Positions 40,508 through 50,902 of a stretch of 64,000 nucleotides of DNA are shown here, piece after piece (within the stretch, counting starts at the first letter, position 1; every line of letters begins with the position of its first letter). The notes below the pieces were generated by a model. It was not told the DNA's origin. It worked only from the letters and a program-made list of their open reading frames with translations, and did no database searches. The translations under genes and the position numbers were made by a program. The DNA lies in NCBI GenBank assembly GCA_963977015.1, contig CAXBMO010000002.1, positions 384,001 to 448,000 on the forward strand, read 5' to 3'. Source of the stretch: an uncultured bacterium (GTDB taxonomy: Bacteria; Verrucomicrobiota; Verrucomicrobiia; Verrucomicrobiales; DEV007).

Positions 40508-41980
40508 ATGACCACCAAGCTCTCCACCCCGAACCTGGTTAACCTCGACCCGAAGATTCGCGTCCCGCGCTACGATCGAACCAAAGTCGGCCAGTCAATG
40601 ATGCACGTGGGAGTTGGCGGCTTTCATCGCGCCCACCAGGCCGTCTATATCGACCATCTCCTGAACCAGGGCGGAGATCCGGCGTGGGGCTACTGTGGCG
40701 TCGGATTGCTGAAGCTCGACGCCCGGATTCGCGATGTGATGCGTTCCCAGGATTGCCTCTACACCGTGGTCGAGCGAAGTTCGGAAGGCGATACCGCCAG
40801 CATCGTTGGTTCGATCGTCAATTTTGTGTTCGCCCCGGACAACCGGGAAGAGGTGCTCGAGCAAATGGCTTCTCCTGAAACCCGTATCGTCTCGCTGACG
40901 ATCACCGAGGGCGGTTATTATCTCGACTCGAACGGTGAACTGGATGCGAACCATCCGGATCTGAAAAAGGATCTCGCCACCCCGCATGAGCCTTCGTGTT
41001 CGTTCGGCTACCTCTTGGAAGCGCTCGACCGCCGACGCCAACGCGGACTGGCTCCCTTTACCCTGATGTCCTGCGACAACATCCAGGGCAACGGAGAAGT
41101 CGCCAGGAAAATGCTGACGGCCTTTGCCGAATTGAGGGATCCCGTCCTGCGCAACTGGATGGACGAAAATTGCCTCTTTCCCAACAGCATGGTGGACCGC
41201 ATTACCCCGGCCACGACCGACGAGCTTCGATTGCTGGTTAGCGACAAATTCGGAATCGAAGATGGCTGGCCGGTCATGACCGAACCGTTCAAGCAATGGG
41301 TCATCGAGGATCACTTCGTGCAGGGGCGCCCGAAATGGGAGGAAGTGGGCGCGCAAATGACGACCGACGTGCTGCCCTACGAGCTGATGAAGCTGCGCCT
41401 GCTCAACGCCAGTCACCAGGCACTTTGCTACGTCGGCCTGTTGCTGGGATACGAGCACGTTCACGAAACCATGCAGGACGACGATATCCGGATGCTGGTG
41501 AAGAAGATGATGGATCAGGAGGCGACCGATACCTTGTCTCCCGTGCCAGGCGTTGATCTCGATGACTACAAAAACTCCGTGATCGGGCGTTTCGCCAATC
41601 CGGCCATTAAGGATCAGCTTTCCCGAATCGGTTTCTATGGTTCTGCGGGGATTCCCAAATTCGTGCTGCCGTCCATCACCGACCAGCTCGGCAAGGACGG
41701 GCCGATCAGGCTCCTGAGCTTTGTCGTTGCGTCATGGTTTCGCTATCTGAACGGCATGGACGATTCCGGGAAGGAAATGCCGATGCTCGATCCCCTTGCT
41801 CCAAAACTGCGCGAACTCGCTGCGGGCGGTGGCGAGGATGCCCGAAAGCTTCTTGCTGTCCGGGAAGTTTTCGGCGACGAACTTGCGAACACGCCCGCCT
41901 TTGTCGAGTCGGTTACAGCAACCCTCGAAAGTTTTTACAAGAAGGGCGCAAGAGCGACCTTGAACCAGCACATCCGCTGA
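40508..41980 (+). CDS. Mannitol 2-dehydrogenase (long-chain mannitol dehydrogenase family)
   Basis: HVGVGGFHRAHQA, SLTITEGGY, SCDN, FPNSMVDRITP, KLRLLNASH. Confidence 0.93.
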   Translation: MTTKLSTPNLVNLDPKIRVPRYDRTKVGQSMMHVGVGGFHRAHQAVYIDHLLNQGGDPAWGYCGVGLLKLDARIRDVMRSQDCLYTVVERSSEGDTASIVGSIVNFVFAPDNREEVLEQMASPETRIVSLTITEGGYYLDSNGELDANHPDLKKDLATPHEPSCSFGYLLEALDRRRQRGLAPFTLMSCDNIQGNGEVARKMLTAFAELRDPVLRNWMDENCLFPNSMVDRITPATTDELRLLVSDKFGIEDGWPVMTEPFKQWVIEDHFVQGRPKWEEVGAQMTTDVLPYELMKLRLLNASHQALCYVGLLLGYEHVHETMQDDDIRMLVKKMMDQEATDTLSPVPGVDLDDYKNSVIGRFANPAIKDQLSRIGFYGSAGIPKFVLPSITDQLGKDGPIRLLSFVVASWFRYLNGMDDSGKEMPMLDPLAPKLRELAAGGGEDARKLLAVREVFGDELANTPAFVESVTATLESFYKKGARATLNQHIR

Positions 41981-42254
41981 TCCTTCCGGCTAACCCAACC
42001 CAGTGAGACAGCGATGATCAAAACAGTGACGTCCGAGACTTCGAGCCGTTCCCTAACACCCTCGCTGGTGAGTTTAGAGTAGCCATCAATCACGCATCAT
42101 AGTAGGATGAGAGAACAATGCGTATTTCACAGCATGTCCGGCCCCGGTCGCGAGTAGTTCGGCAGACTACGAAGCTCGCCCGCTCCACGGTTTCTGAGGA
42201 AGGATCGACAATTGCGGACTTCCGCCCCCTGTCACACCAGTTGGGAGGAAATCA

Positions 42255-43592
42255 ATGAAGGCAACGATTCGCGGTTTCTTAGCTTTTTTGGTGCTGTTTT
42301 GTGCAGCCCCTCCCGTCTTTGCGCAGGACACGAGGTTGACCATCGCCACGGTGAACAACGGTGACATGATCCGGATGCAGGGGCTTTCAGACGAGTACGA
42401 GAAAGCCAACCCCGGCATCAAACTCAACTGGGTTGTTCTGGAAGAAAACGTGCTGCGCCAGCGCGTCACCACCGATATCGCGACCAACGGGGGGCAATTC
42501 GACATTCTGACAATTGGCACCTACGAAGCCCCAATCTGGGCCGAGCGAGGATGGTTGGTGCCGCTCGACGGCTTGCCCGAGAAGTATGACGCCGGCGACA
42601 TCCTGCCGTCGATCCACGAAGCCTTGTCCTTCGACGAAACGCTCTACGCGGCGCCCTTCTATGGGGAGTCCGCCTTCACCATGTACCGGACCGACCTCTT
42701 CAAGGACGCCGGAATCGAAATGCCTGAGAAGCCGACGTGGGATTTCATCAAGGACGCGGCCCGCAAGCTGACCGACAAGGACAACGGAGTTTATGGAATT
42801 TGCCTTCGTGGTAAGCCAGGCTGGGGCGAGAACATGGCGTTTCTGAGCGCCATGGCCAATTCCTACGGGGCAAGCTGGTTTGATATGGATTGGAAACCCC
42901 AGTTCGATAGCGAAGCCTGGAAGGCCGCCATCACCGATTACATCGAGTTGATGCAGGAAGCGGGCCCGCCGAACGCTTCAGCCAATGGCTATCAGGAAAA
43001 CCTCGCCCTGTTTCAGTCCGGCAAGTGCGCCATTTGGATCGACTCGACCGCCGCCGCTCAGTTCGTGACAAGCGCCGACTCCAAGGTGGCAGACCGGGTC
43101 GGCTTTGCGCTCGCGCCGGACAATGGATTGGGTAAAAGCGCGAATTGGCTCTGGGCGTGGGCGCTGGCGATCCCCGAAAGTTCCAAGCACCAGGATGCGG
43201 CGAAGCAATTCATCGCCTGGGCCACCTCGAAGGCTTATCTCGAACTGGTAGCCTCGAAGGAAGGTTGGTCCAATGTCCCGCCAGGCACCCGCACCTCGCT
43301 TTACGAAAACGAGGCCTATCTCGACGCGGCGCCCTACGCGAAGCTCACCCTCGCATCGATCCAGGCTGCTGATCCGGACAATCCGAGTGTCAACGATGTG
43401 CCCTACACGGGAATCCAATATGTCGCGATTCCCGAGTTTCAGAGCATGGGCACGGCGGTCGGGAATCGGTTCGCGAAGGCGTTGGCGGGAGAGATCTCGA
43501 TCGATGAGGCGCTCGACAATGCCCAGTGGGTGACCGGGAAGGTCATCAAACGCGCGCGCTTCCTTCAGGAGAGCCATGTCGAACAGAAGTAA
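42255..43592 (+). CDS. Polyol (sorbitol/mannitol) ABC substrate-binding protein, SmoE/MtlE-like
   Basis: LTIATVNNGDMIRMQ, LEENVLRQRVTTDIAT, GICLRGKPGWGEN, WLWAWALAIP. Clear GGAGGA SD. Confidence 0.92.
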   Translation: MKATIRGFLAFLVLFCAAPPVFAQDTRLTIATVNNGDMIRMQGLSDEYEKANPGIKLNWVVLEENVLRQRVTTDIATNGGQFDILTIGTYEAPIWAERGWLVPLDGLPEKYDAGDILPSIHEALSFDETLYAAPFYGESAFTMYRTDLFKDAGIEMPEKPTWDFIKDAARKLTDKDNGVYGICLRGKPGWGENMAFLSAMANSYGASWFDMDWKPQFDSEAWKAAITDYIELMQEAGPPNASANGYQENLALFQSGKCAIWIDSTAAAQFVTSADSKVADRVGFALAPDNGLGKSANWLWAWALAIPESSKHQDAAKQFIAWATSKAYLELVASKEGWSNVPPGTRTSLYENEAYLDAAPYAKLTLASIQAADPDNPSVNDVPYTGIQYVAIPEFQSMGTAVGNRFAKALAGEISIDEALDNAQWVTGKVIKRARFLQESHVEQK

Positions 43593-43606
43593 TTTGGAAA
43601 AACCCC

Positions 43607-45355
43607 ATGACCAACGCACCTGACGATCCACAAAAGTCCATTGCTGAGATGGACGACGAAGTCTTGCCGGTGCCGCAGCACCGACAGCATGGCCCCGGTT
43701 ACTTCCTTGGCCTTTACGCTGCGGAACATGTTGCCGCGACGGAATTCGTCATTGGCGCCGCATTTGTGGCAATGGGCGCGACGATTCAAGACATCCTGAT
43801 CGGGCTCCTGATCGGCAATATCCTCGCCACACTCAGCTTCAGGTTCGTGACCGCGCCAATCGCAGTCAAAACGAGACTCAGCCTCTACAGCTATCTCGAT
43901 CAAAACCAGGGCGAGTTGTTCTCCCGACTCTACAATGGGGCGAACGTGCTCATCTTTGTGGCCATCTCGGCCGCCATGATCACCGTGTCGGCAACCGCGG
44001 TTCGGGCGCTCTTTGATATCCCGCCCCAGATTTATCCCTATCCCACCAACATTTACTTTGCCCTCATCGCCGCCTCGGCAAGCGTGATCGCCGTGCTGGT
44101 GGCCTACTTTGGTTTCAAGGCGCTGAGCGAGTTTGCCGGCATTTGCGCGCCCTGGCTCATGGTCATGTTCACCGCTGGAGGCATGGTGCTGATCCCTTCA
44201 TTGAACGAATCGCTGACCGGCTACACCACGCTATCCAGTTTCTCCGATTTTGTAAATCTGGCGGGAACTACCGTATTTACCGGCACCAATGCGGCGGGAG
44301 AACCCGGGATCGGATTGTTGGAAGTCATCGGCTTCGCCTGGGCGGCCAACACCTTCGCCCATTTCGGCCTCATCGACATGGCGCTGTTGCGCTACGCGAA
44401 AAAATCGGTCTACGGATTTTGCACGGCGACCGGAATGATGTTTGGCCACTACATCGCCTGGATTTCGGCAGCTCTCATGGGCGCAGCGACAGCCTCGATC
44501 ATGAAATTGAGCATCGCGGTTGTTTCCCCGGGCGATGTGGCCTACTACGCGCTGGGCGCCACCGGCTTTGTAATCGTGATCGTCGCGGGATGGACCACCG
44601 CCAACTCGAACCTCTATCGAGCCGGCCTTGCCGCCCAGGCCGTCGTGCCCAGCGTTCCACGCCAGCGGGTCACGCTGATTGTTGGTGCCGTGGTTGTGGT
44701 CGGAAGCATGTTTCCGTTTATCTACCGCAGCATCCTGCCGCTTCTGACCTATGCGGGATTGATCCTTGTCCCCATCGGCGGCATTGTATTTGCCGAGCAG
44801 CACGTCTTTCCCCGGCTTGGCTACAAGACCAATTGGCACCGTCTCAAGGGGGTCAAGGACAACGTTCCGGCGCTGATCACCTGGGGAATCTCCCTCGTGT
44901 TCGGCTTTTGGTTGAACTACATCAACATTATCCCGTTTGTGTATTTGTTTGTGCCGACCTGGTTTGTTTCGATCGGCGCCTATACCGTGCTCGCGAAGAA
45001 ATTTGGCGCCGACCGCAGTTGGCCGGAGGCTGAAAAGCGGGAGCGGGAATTCCAGAAACAGGTCAAAGCTTACCATGCTGAACTCGCGACTCAGGAACAA
45101 CACACACACGTCCGCACCACCCCCTTATCGCTCAAGATCATCCGGGCGGTCTGGATCGTCATTGGCCTCATTGTACCGGCCGTTCTCGCCTGGCGTGTTT
45201 TGTTCCACAGCCCCGACATCTACGTCTACTATGTCAATCGGGAGCTGTTCTACGACCTCACGATTTGGTGCACGATCATCTACTTTGTGTTCGCCTACTG
45301 GGATTTAAAGCGCACGAAATCGCTCTATGAATCCCGTGAACCGGTGACCACGTAG
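43607..45355 (+). CDS. NCS1-like (purine-cytosine permease family) secondary transporter, possibly a polyol permease
   Basis: About 14 hydrophobic segments, EHVAATEFVIG, GWTTANSNLYRAGLA. Starts 14 nt after the SBP stop. Confidence 0.75.
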   Translation: MTNAPDDPQKSIAEMDDEVLPVPQHRQHGPGYFLGLYAAEHVAATEFVIGAAFVAMGATIQDILIGLLIGNILATLSFRFVTAPIAVKTRLSLYSYLDQNQGELFSRLYNGANVLIFVAISAAMITVSATAVRALFDIPPQIYPYPTNIYFALIAASASVIAVLVAYFGFKALSEFAGICAPWLMVMFTAGGMVLIPSLNESLTGYTTLSSFSDFVNLAGTTVFTGTNAAGEPGIGLLEVIGFAWAANTFAHFGLIDMALLRYAKKSVYGFCTATGMMFGHYIAWISAALMGAATASIMKLSIAVVSPGDVAYYALGATGFVIVIVAGWTTANSNLYRAGLAAQAVVPSVPRQRVTLIVGAVVVVGSMFPFIYRSILPLLTYAGLILVPIGGIVFAEQHVFPRLGYKTNWHRLKGVKDNVPALITWGISLVFGFWLNYINIIPFVYLFVPTWFVSIGAYTVLAKKFGADRSWPEAEKREREFQKQVKAYHAELATQEQHTHVRTTPLSLKIIRAVWIVIGLIVPAVLAWRVLFHSPDIYVYYVNRELFYDLTIWCTIIYFVFAYWDLKRTKSLYESREPVTT

Positions 45356-45461
45356 CCAGCGGTCTGGGCTCCTTTCATCGCGAAAAGCCGACGCTTGCGC
45401 GATTCCCGATCGTCGAAGAACCCGCTGCGCGAACCTGTTGTGAGACTGGTCTGCTACCTGA

Positions 45462-48272
45462 TCACTTTGGCATGATGAGCACCTCGAGTGAACTTTCCGA
45501 ATCGAGGTAATCCTTGGCGAGAGCGTTGATTTCTTCGACGCTGATCGATTCGTAGTCGTCGACGAAACTGCGGGCCCAGTCGAGGCGATCAGGTTGTTCC
45601 TGACTCATGGCGAGAACCATGCTGAGCCAGTAATTGTTGGTCCGGCGATATTCGGCGATCTGAGTGAGGAGCGGAAGCTTGGAGCGGTCGAGCTCATCCT
45701 GATCCGTGCCTCCGGCGGCGAGATCGGTGCCGAGTTGCTTGATGACAACGGACAGCTTCTCGGCCTGATCCGGCGCGGCTTCGACTAGGGCGAAGAGGTA
45801 GCCGTAGTCGGTGTAGGTCTCGCTGGAGGAGTTGCGGGCGTAGGGGCTGTAGGCGTCGCCAAGTTCTTCGCGAACCTTTTTGCGAAGGCGGTCGCGGAAG
45901 ATGGAGGAGAGCAGGCCAAGGCGACGGGTGCGCTGGATGTCGCTCATGTCAGCCGTGGGCCAGTAGACGAGAACCATCGATTTGGGGATGGTGCTTTCGA
46001 ATTCGAATTTCTTGGAATCGACGTCGGCCGGGAAGGCGACTTTGCGTTCCGCTGCGTAGTCGGGTTTGGCCGCTTCGCGTTCCGGCAGGGTTCCGAAGGT
46101 GCGGGCCACGGCGTCGATTGCCGTATCGAGGTCAAAGTCGCCGACGACCGAGATTTCAAGGTAGGCGGAGTCGAGTTGAGGCTGCACCCAGGATTTGGCT
46201 TCGGCGGAATTTCGCTTGGCCATCTCGTCCCTTTCCGGGTAGCCAAACCGCGGATCGTTGCCGTGCAGAAAGGCGGCGACTTCGTCAGCCATGACGCCGT
46301 TGGGGTCGTGTTTGAGCTGTTGATAGAGTTGATCAAGCGCTTTCTGGAACTGGCGATCGCCCTCTTCACGATAACCGGCGTCCGTGACGTAGGCGCGCAT
46401 CAGTTGCAGTTGGAGGAGAAGATCTTCCGGAGTGGTTTGGCCGGAGAGAGTGAAGGCGTCTTCACTGGCGCTGAGACCCGCACCAACCGATTTCCCGGCA
46501 AGCAGGCGTTGCAGATCATCGGCGGAGTGAGCCTTGAGACCTCCCGCGCCAAAGGCGTAGGCAACCATGCTGGACAGACCCGGCTTATCCAGAGGCATGG
46601 TGAGAAGTCCGCCACCAATCCGGGCGGTAATGCCAACGGTGTCATCCTCAAAGTCGGTAACCTTGAAGTTGGCGCGAACGTTGTTGGCAAAGGTGATTTG
46701 GGTGATTTCGAGATCTTCAGCCACGCTGCGATCCGCGATTTCGCCTGGTTCACGATCCTGAGCATAGGCGAATTCGCCGAGATCTTCCTCCGCCGGTGGC
46801 TCGACAGCGATTTGCTGGCTTTCGGTGAACGCGGCAAGGACGGCATCTTTCCCGCCCTCGATTTCGAGATTGCCGCTGGCGTAGACCACCACGTTGCTGA
46901 GATCGCCCCAGATGGTGCGGAAGGTTTCCCAGATTTCCTTGGAAGTGATGCTGGCGAGAAGTGGCGTTACCCGTGCCAGATCATCATCGGGATGGGTGAA
47001 AACGCGCTCGCTGCCAATGCGCTCAACAATGCGGTCGGCAAGATCGCGGGACTTGCGGGTAGCGGCCGACTTGGCCTGGTTTTCGAGCGCATTCTGGAGC
47101 TTGGCCTTGGCCTCATCCATCTCGGCTTCGGTAAATCCGAACTTCAGGGCGCGGCGGAGCTCCTGCTCGATCACGGCGAGTCCCTCATCCCAGTTTTCCG
47201 GCTTCGTCGTGGCGTCGATCGATGCGTAATCGACGAGATTGAGGTCAAAAAGATCGCGCCGATTGTGAAATCCGCTGATCAGGGGCGAACCTTCCTGCTT
47301 CGCGACGATCTCGAGGCGACGGCCCATGATCATGTCGGCGAGACGGCTGCGAAGTTCGATCGCGCGGCGTTCATTGCTGTCGGCACCCAATTGCATCGGC
47401 TGCATCGTCTCGATGGAGACCTGGGTTTCGGTAGCTTCCTTGTCGCTGTGATGGTGGCTGAGAACCCCGCGCTCGGCAACGGACCCAAAGTCGGGATCAG
47501 GAGCTGCGGTTTCGCTTTTGAAGTCCTGAAACGTCTCGACAATGTAGGTTTCGATCTCATCGGGATTGATGTCACCGACGACTACGACCGCCATCCGCTC
47601 GGGCGTGTACCATTGGTTGTAAAAGTCGACAAAACGCTGGCGCGGCGCATTGGAAATCACTTCCTCGGTGCCGATGGGAAGACGCTCACTGATTTTGTTC
47701 TCGGGCAGGGCGAATTCCACCCAATCGACAAACGAACGCCAGTTGGCCGAATCCCGGCTGCGCTTTTCGCTGAGAATGACGCCCCGTTCCTTCTCGATCT
47801 CCTTTTCTCCGAACAAGAGACCATCGGCGTAATCGCGAAGCAGTTTGAAGCCGTCATCGAGGATTTTCTCGCTCGATTCGGGAAGCTCGAGTTTGTAGAC
47901 GGTTTCCTTAAAGCTGGTATGCGCATTGGTGTGGGAGCCGAACGCCATGCCGAGGCGCTGAAAGTATTCGACCATCTCGCCAGCGGGGAAATTCTTGGTG
48001 CCGTTGAAGGCCATGTGCTCCAAAAAGTGGGCCAGCCCCTGCTGATCGTCTTCCTCCATCATGGAGCCCGCATCGACATAGAGACGCAGGCTGATTCGGT
48101 CGGGCGGCTCTTCGTTGGGGAGAATCGCGTAACGCAGACCATTCTCGAGTTGGCCCCAGGTCACGTTTTCGTCGGGCTTGATGTCACTGGCTTCATGAAC
48201 CCAGGTCGGAGCTTCCTGAGCTTGAGCGGTGAAGACGAGGAAAAGGGGTGCGAGCAAACGCGGGATTTTCAT
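45462..48272 (-). CDS. M16 family zinc peptidase, PqqL-like
   Basis: GLAHFLEHMAFNG inverted zinc motif, NAHTSF, ERGVILSE, signal peptide. Start refined to MKIPRLL. Confidence 0.93.
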   Translation of the reverse strand: MKIPRLLAPLFLVFTAQAQEAPTWVHEASDIKPDENVTWGQLENGLRYAILPNEEPPDRISLRLYVDAGSMMEEDDQQGLAHFLEHMAFNGTKNFPAGEMVEYFQRLGMAFGSHTNAHTSFKETVYKLELPESSEKILDDGFKLLRDYADGLLFGEKEIEKERGVILSEKRSRDSANWRSFVDWVEFALPENKISERLPIGTEEVISNAPRQRFVDFYNQWYTPERMAVVVVGDINPDEIETYIVETFQDFKSETAAPDPDFGSVAERGVLSHHHSDKEATETQVSIETMQPMQLGADSNERRAIELRSRLADMIMGRRLEIVAKQEGSPLISGFHNRRDLFDLNLVDYASIDATTKPENWDEGLAVIEQELRRALKFGFTEAEMDEAKAKLQNALENQAKSAATRKSRDLADRIVERIGSERVFTHPDDDLARVTPLLASITSKEIWETFRTIWGDLSNVVVYASGNLEIEGGKDAVLAAFTESQQIAVEPPAEEDLGEFAYAQDREPGEIADRSVAEDLEITQITFANNVRANFKVTDFEDDTVGITARIGGGLLTMPLDKPGLSSMVAYAFGAGGLKAHSADDLQRLLAGKSVGAGLSASEDAFTLSGQTTPEDLLLQLQLMRAYVTDAGYREEGDRQFQKALDQLYQQLKHDPNGVMADEVAAFLHGNDPRFGYPERDEMAKRNSAEAKSWVQPQLDSAYLEISVVGDFDLDTAIDAVARTFGTLPEREAAKPDYAAERKVAFPADVDSKKFEFESTIPKSMVLVYWPTADMSDIQRTRRLGLLSSIFRDRLRKKVREELGDAYSPYARNSSSETYTDYGYLFALVEAAPDQAEKLSVVIKQLGTDLAAGGTDQDELDRSKLPLLTQIAEYRRTNNYWLSMVLAMSQEQPDRLDWARSFVDDYESISVEEINALAKDYLDSESSLEVLIMPK

Positions 48273-48387
48273 GCGGAATTCTGTAGTTGGGTTGTCTGGG
48301 TGAGTCAAATATGGACGATCCGAAAGGTCTGACGGTTCAAATAACCTTTTAGTTGCACCCAAGCCGTCCCTTGCTCCCCATTGAGAG

Positions 48388-49413
48388 ATGCATAAAAACC
48401 TCATTGCTTTCCTACTCTGTGGCGCGTTCGCCGCTTCAACCATGCCGGTGCGAGCCCACGAAGTCGCCGATCAAATGGCGGCGGCCGCGAACGATTTTCT
48501 GGCCAGTTTGGAGCCGGGGCAGCGGGAAAAGTGCACCTTTGACCTGAATGACGAGGAGCGGACCAACTGGCATTTTGTTCCGGTTCCGCGGAAAGGACTT
48601 TCCATGCGCGAAATGGAGCCGGATCAGCGCCTGCTCGCTCACGGCCTCCTCAGCACGGGATTGAGCCACACGGGTTACCTGAAGGCGGTTCAAATCATGA
48701 GTCTGGAGCAGATTCTGTTTGAGATGGAAAACCAGGATCCCAAGCGCGACCCCGAGTATTATCTGGTTTGGATTTTTGGGACGCCAAGCGCCAAAGGCAA
48801 TTGGGGCTGGCGCTTTGAAGGACACCACATGTCGCTCAACTTCACGGTTGTGAATGGAGAATTGATTTCGGAGACACCAGCCTTCTGGGCCTCCAACCCA
48901 GGCAAGGTTCCGGAAGGAATGCCGCGGGCCGGATTGCGCGTTTTGGCGGGAGAAGAAGACCTCGCCCGTGACTTGGTCAAATCACTGACCGATGACCAAA
49001 AGGCGCAAGCCGTCATCGCCGATCAGGCCCCGAAGGATATCCTCACCAAAGACCTGCCGAAGGTTGATCCTCTTGAGGACAAGGGAATTGCCTACAGCGC
49101 GCTTGATGAAGCGCAGCAGAAGAAATTCTGGGCGGTCGTCGACGAGTATCTCGGCAATCACCGCGATGAACTCGCCGCCGAGGAACGGGAGCGGGTTGAG
49201 AACGAACTCGACTCCGTGAAATTCGCCTGGGCCGGCGGATTCGAGTTTGGCGAAGGTCATTACTACTACATCCAGGGCAAGACCTTCCTGCTGGAATACT
49301 GCAACATCCAAAACGGCGGCATGCACCCTCATGCTGCGTGGCGGAATTTTGGCGAAGACTTCGGCGTGGATCTGCTGCGCGCCCACATGAAGACTGCGCA
49401 TTTGAGCGAGTAG
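48388..49413 (+). CDS. DUF3500 domain protein (secreted)
   Basis: WHFVP, YLVWIFGTP, WGWRFEGHHMSLN, HPHAAWR...DFG. Confidence 0.9.
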   Translation: MHKNLIAFLLCGAFAASTMPVRAHEVADQMAAAANDFLASLEPGQREKCTFDLNDEERTNWHFVPVPRKGLSMREMEPDQRLLAHGLLSTGLSHTGYLKAVQIMSLEQILFEMENQDPKRDPEYYLVWIFGTPSAKGNWGWRFEGHHMSLNFTVVNGELISETPAFWASNPGKVPEGMPRAGLRVLAGEEDLARDLVKSLTDDQKAQAVIADQAPKDILTKDLPKVDPLEDKGIAYSALDEAQQKKFWAVVDEYLGNHRDELAAEERERVENELDSVKFAWAGGFEFGEGHYYYIQGKTFLLEYCNIQNGGMHPHAAWRNFGEDFGVDLLRAHMKTAHLSE

Positions 49414-49477
49414 TCCACGTATCAACAGCCCTTGATTGGCTTTACATTTTCTCCACGGCTTCGTATTCCATGGAGTT

Positions 49478-50863
49478 ATGAAAGAGAAGCTCGCGTTCGC
49501 CGGGACAGCCTTCCTCCTGTGTTTATTGATTCTCCCAACCAGGGGTGACGAGCAAGAGCGCAAATGGCGCACCCCTGAAGGGCGATTTTGGGTCGGCACC
49601 CTGGTGGACGTGAACGGCGATCGAATCTCCCTTCGAATGCCGGATGGAACGCAGGGGAACATTTCCTTGGCAAAGTTGGGCGAGCCGGATCAACGCTACA
49701 TCGCAAGGTACGTCGCGGAAAAGGCGGAAGCTGCGGAACTCGGTCCTGAACAGATTGCCCAGGAAAAGAAACTGGCGGCAACGCTTTCTGAAGGGCCTCG
49801 CAATTGGACCAGTTCCGATGGAAAAGCGATTCAGGGACAATTGGAGGGGTTTGATGGTTCGACCGTCCAGCTGCGAACCCCGCGAGGTGTTTTCAAATTT
49901 CCGGCCGACCGGCTCAGCCCTCTGGATCAACGGTTACTGCGTCGCTGGGTCGAGGATCAACCGGTTCAAGTCGGAGAATGGCCGGATTTCGTCGAAGCGC
50001 CGGACAACATGGAGATCGAGTTTGTCGATGGCGGCGTGGAAGGCTGGGAATTCGTCTATCGCAGCTCCCATTTTGAATTTCGAACCACAACGCGCCTTTC
50101 CATCAGCGTCGTTCGGGAATTCGCCAGAATCTTCGAGGCGACCTTCGAAGTGGTGAAAGCACTGCCCGTAGGCTTCAACCCCAAACCGCGTGAAGGCGGC
50201 TATTTCCTCACGGAACTCTACGAAACCCGCAACCAATACTACGCCGCAGGTGGTCCGGCAGGAAGCGGAGGCGTGTTCATGGGTGGCGCAAACAAGATCA
50301 TGATTCCGCTACCCAATTTGGGCGTCAAACAGGTTGGGAATCGCTGGATTCTCGAATCCGGCGCGGACAGCACCACGCTTCAGCACGAGATTACCCATCA
50401 GGTGACCTTTCGCTGGCTTTCCCAGTGGCCCGTCTGGTTCATTGAAGGCTTGGCCGAATACATCTCCTCCGCCCGCTACAACAAAGGGCGCTACACTCTC
50501 AAAAACATGGCGGGCAACGTTGAGGACGCCATCATGAAATACCCGGTTGACGGAAATAGCTTCCCGATGGTGCCGGTCGAAACGCTCATGACGATGGATC
50601 ACGGAACCTGGAGCGCGGCACTGACCGGAGGAGGCGCGACCTACAACTACCGGTCCTCCAACGCGCTCATGTTCTACTTCCTCCACCTCGATGGCGAAGG
50701 GGATGGATCAGGCGTCGCAACCTTTCTCCATGCCTTGAATCAAGGCGTCCCCTCTCGCACAGCCCTCGCCGAACACCTGCTCCGCGGTCGCGACTTCGCG
50801 GCGTTGAGCCAGGAAGTCGAGACGAAGCTCAAGCAGGAGGGAATCCGGATCGAGTATCGCTAA
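49478..50863 (+). CDS. Secreted protein: two SHD1-like domains + HExxH metallopeptidase (DUF1570/MA-like)
   Basis: RKWRTPEG...LGEPDQRYI and RNWTSSDG...LSPLDQRLL repeats. HEITH and PVWFIEGLAEY. Confidence 0.8.
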   Translation: MKEKLAFAGTAFLLCLLILPTRGDEQERKWRTPEGRFWVGTLVDVNGDRISLRMPDGTQGNISLAKLGEPDQRYIARYVAEKAEAAELGPEQIAQEKKLAATLSEGPRNWTSSDGKAIQGQLEGFDGSTVQLRTPRGVFKFPADRLSPLDQRLLRRWVEDQPVQVGEWPDFVEAPDNMEIEFVDGGVEGWEFVYRSSHFEFRTTTRLSISVVREFARIFEATFEVVKALPVGFNPKPREGGYFLTELYETRNQYYAAGGPAGSGGVFMGGANKIMIPLPNLGVKQVGNRWILESGADSTTLQHEITHQVTFRWLSQWPVWFIEGLAEYISSARYNKGRYTLKNMAGNVEDAIMKYPVDGNSFPMVPVETLMTMDHGTWSAALTGGGATYNYRSSNALMFYFLHLDGEGDGSGVATFLHALNQGVPSRTALAEHLLRGRDFAALSQEVETKLKQEGIRIEYR

Positions 50864-50902
50864 CGCCCCCAAACACTATTGCGATCCAGCTCAATCGGAA
50901 TG

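Noticed and set aside
46176-48332. 718-aa + strand ORF
   Set aside because: Antisense to the well-supported M16 peptidase.
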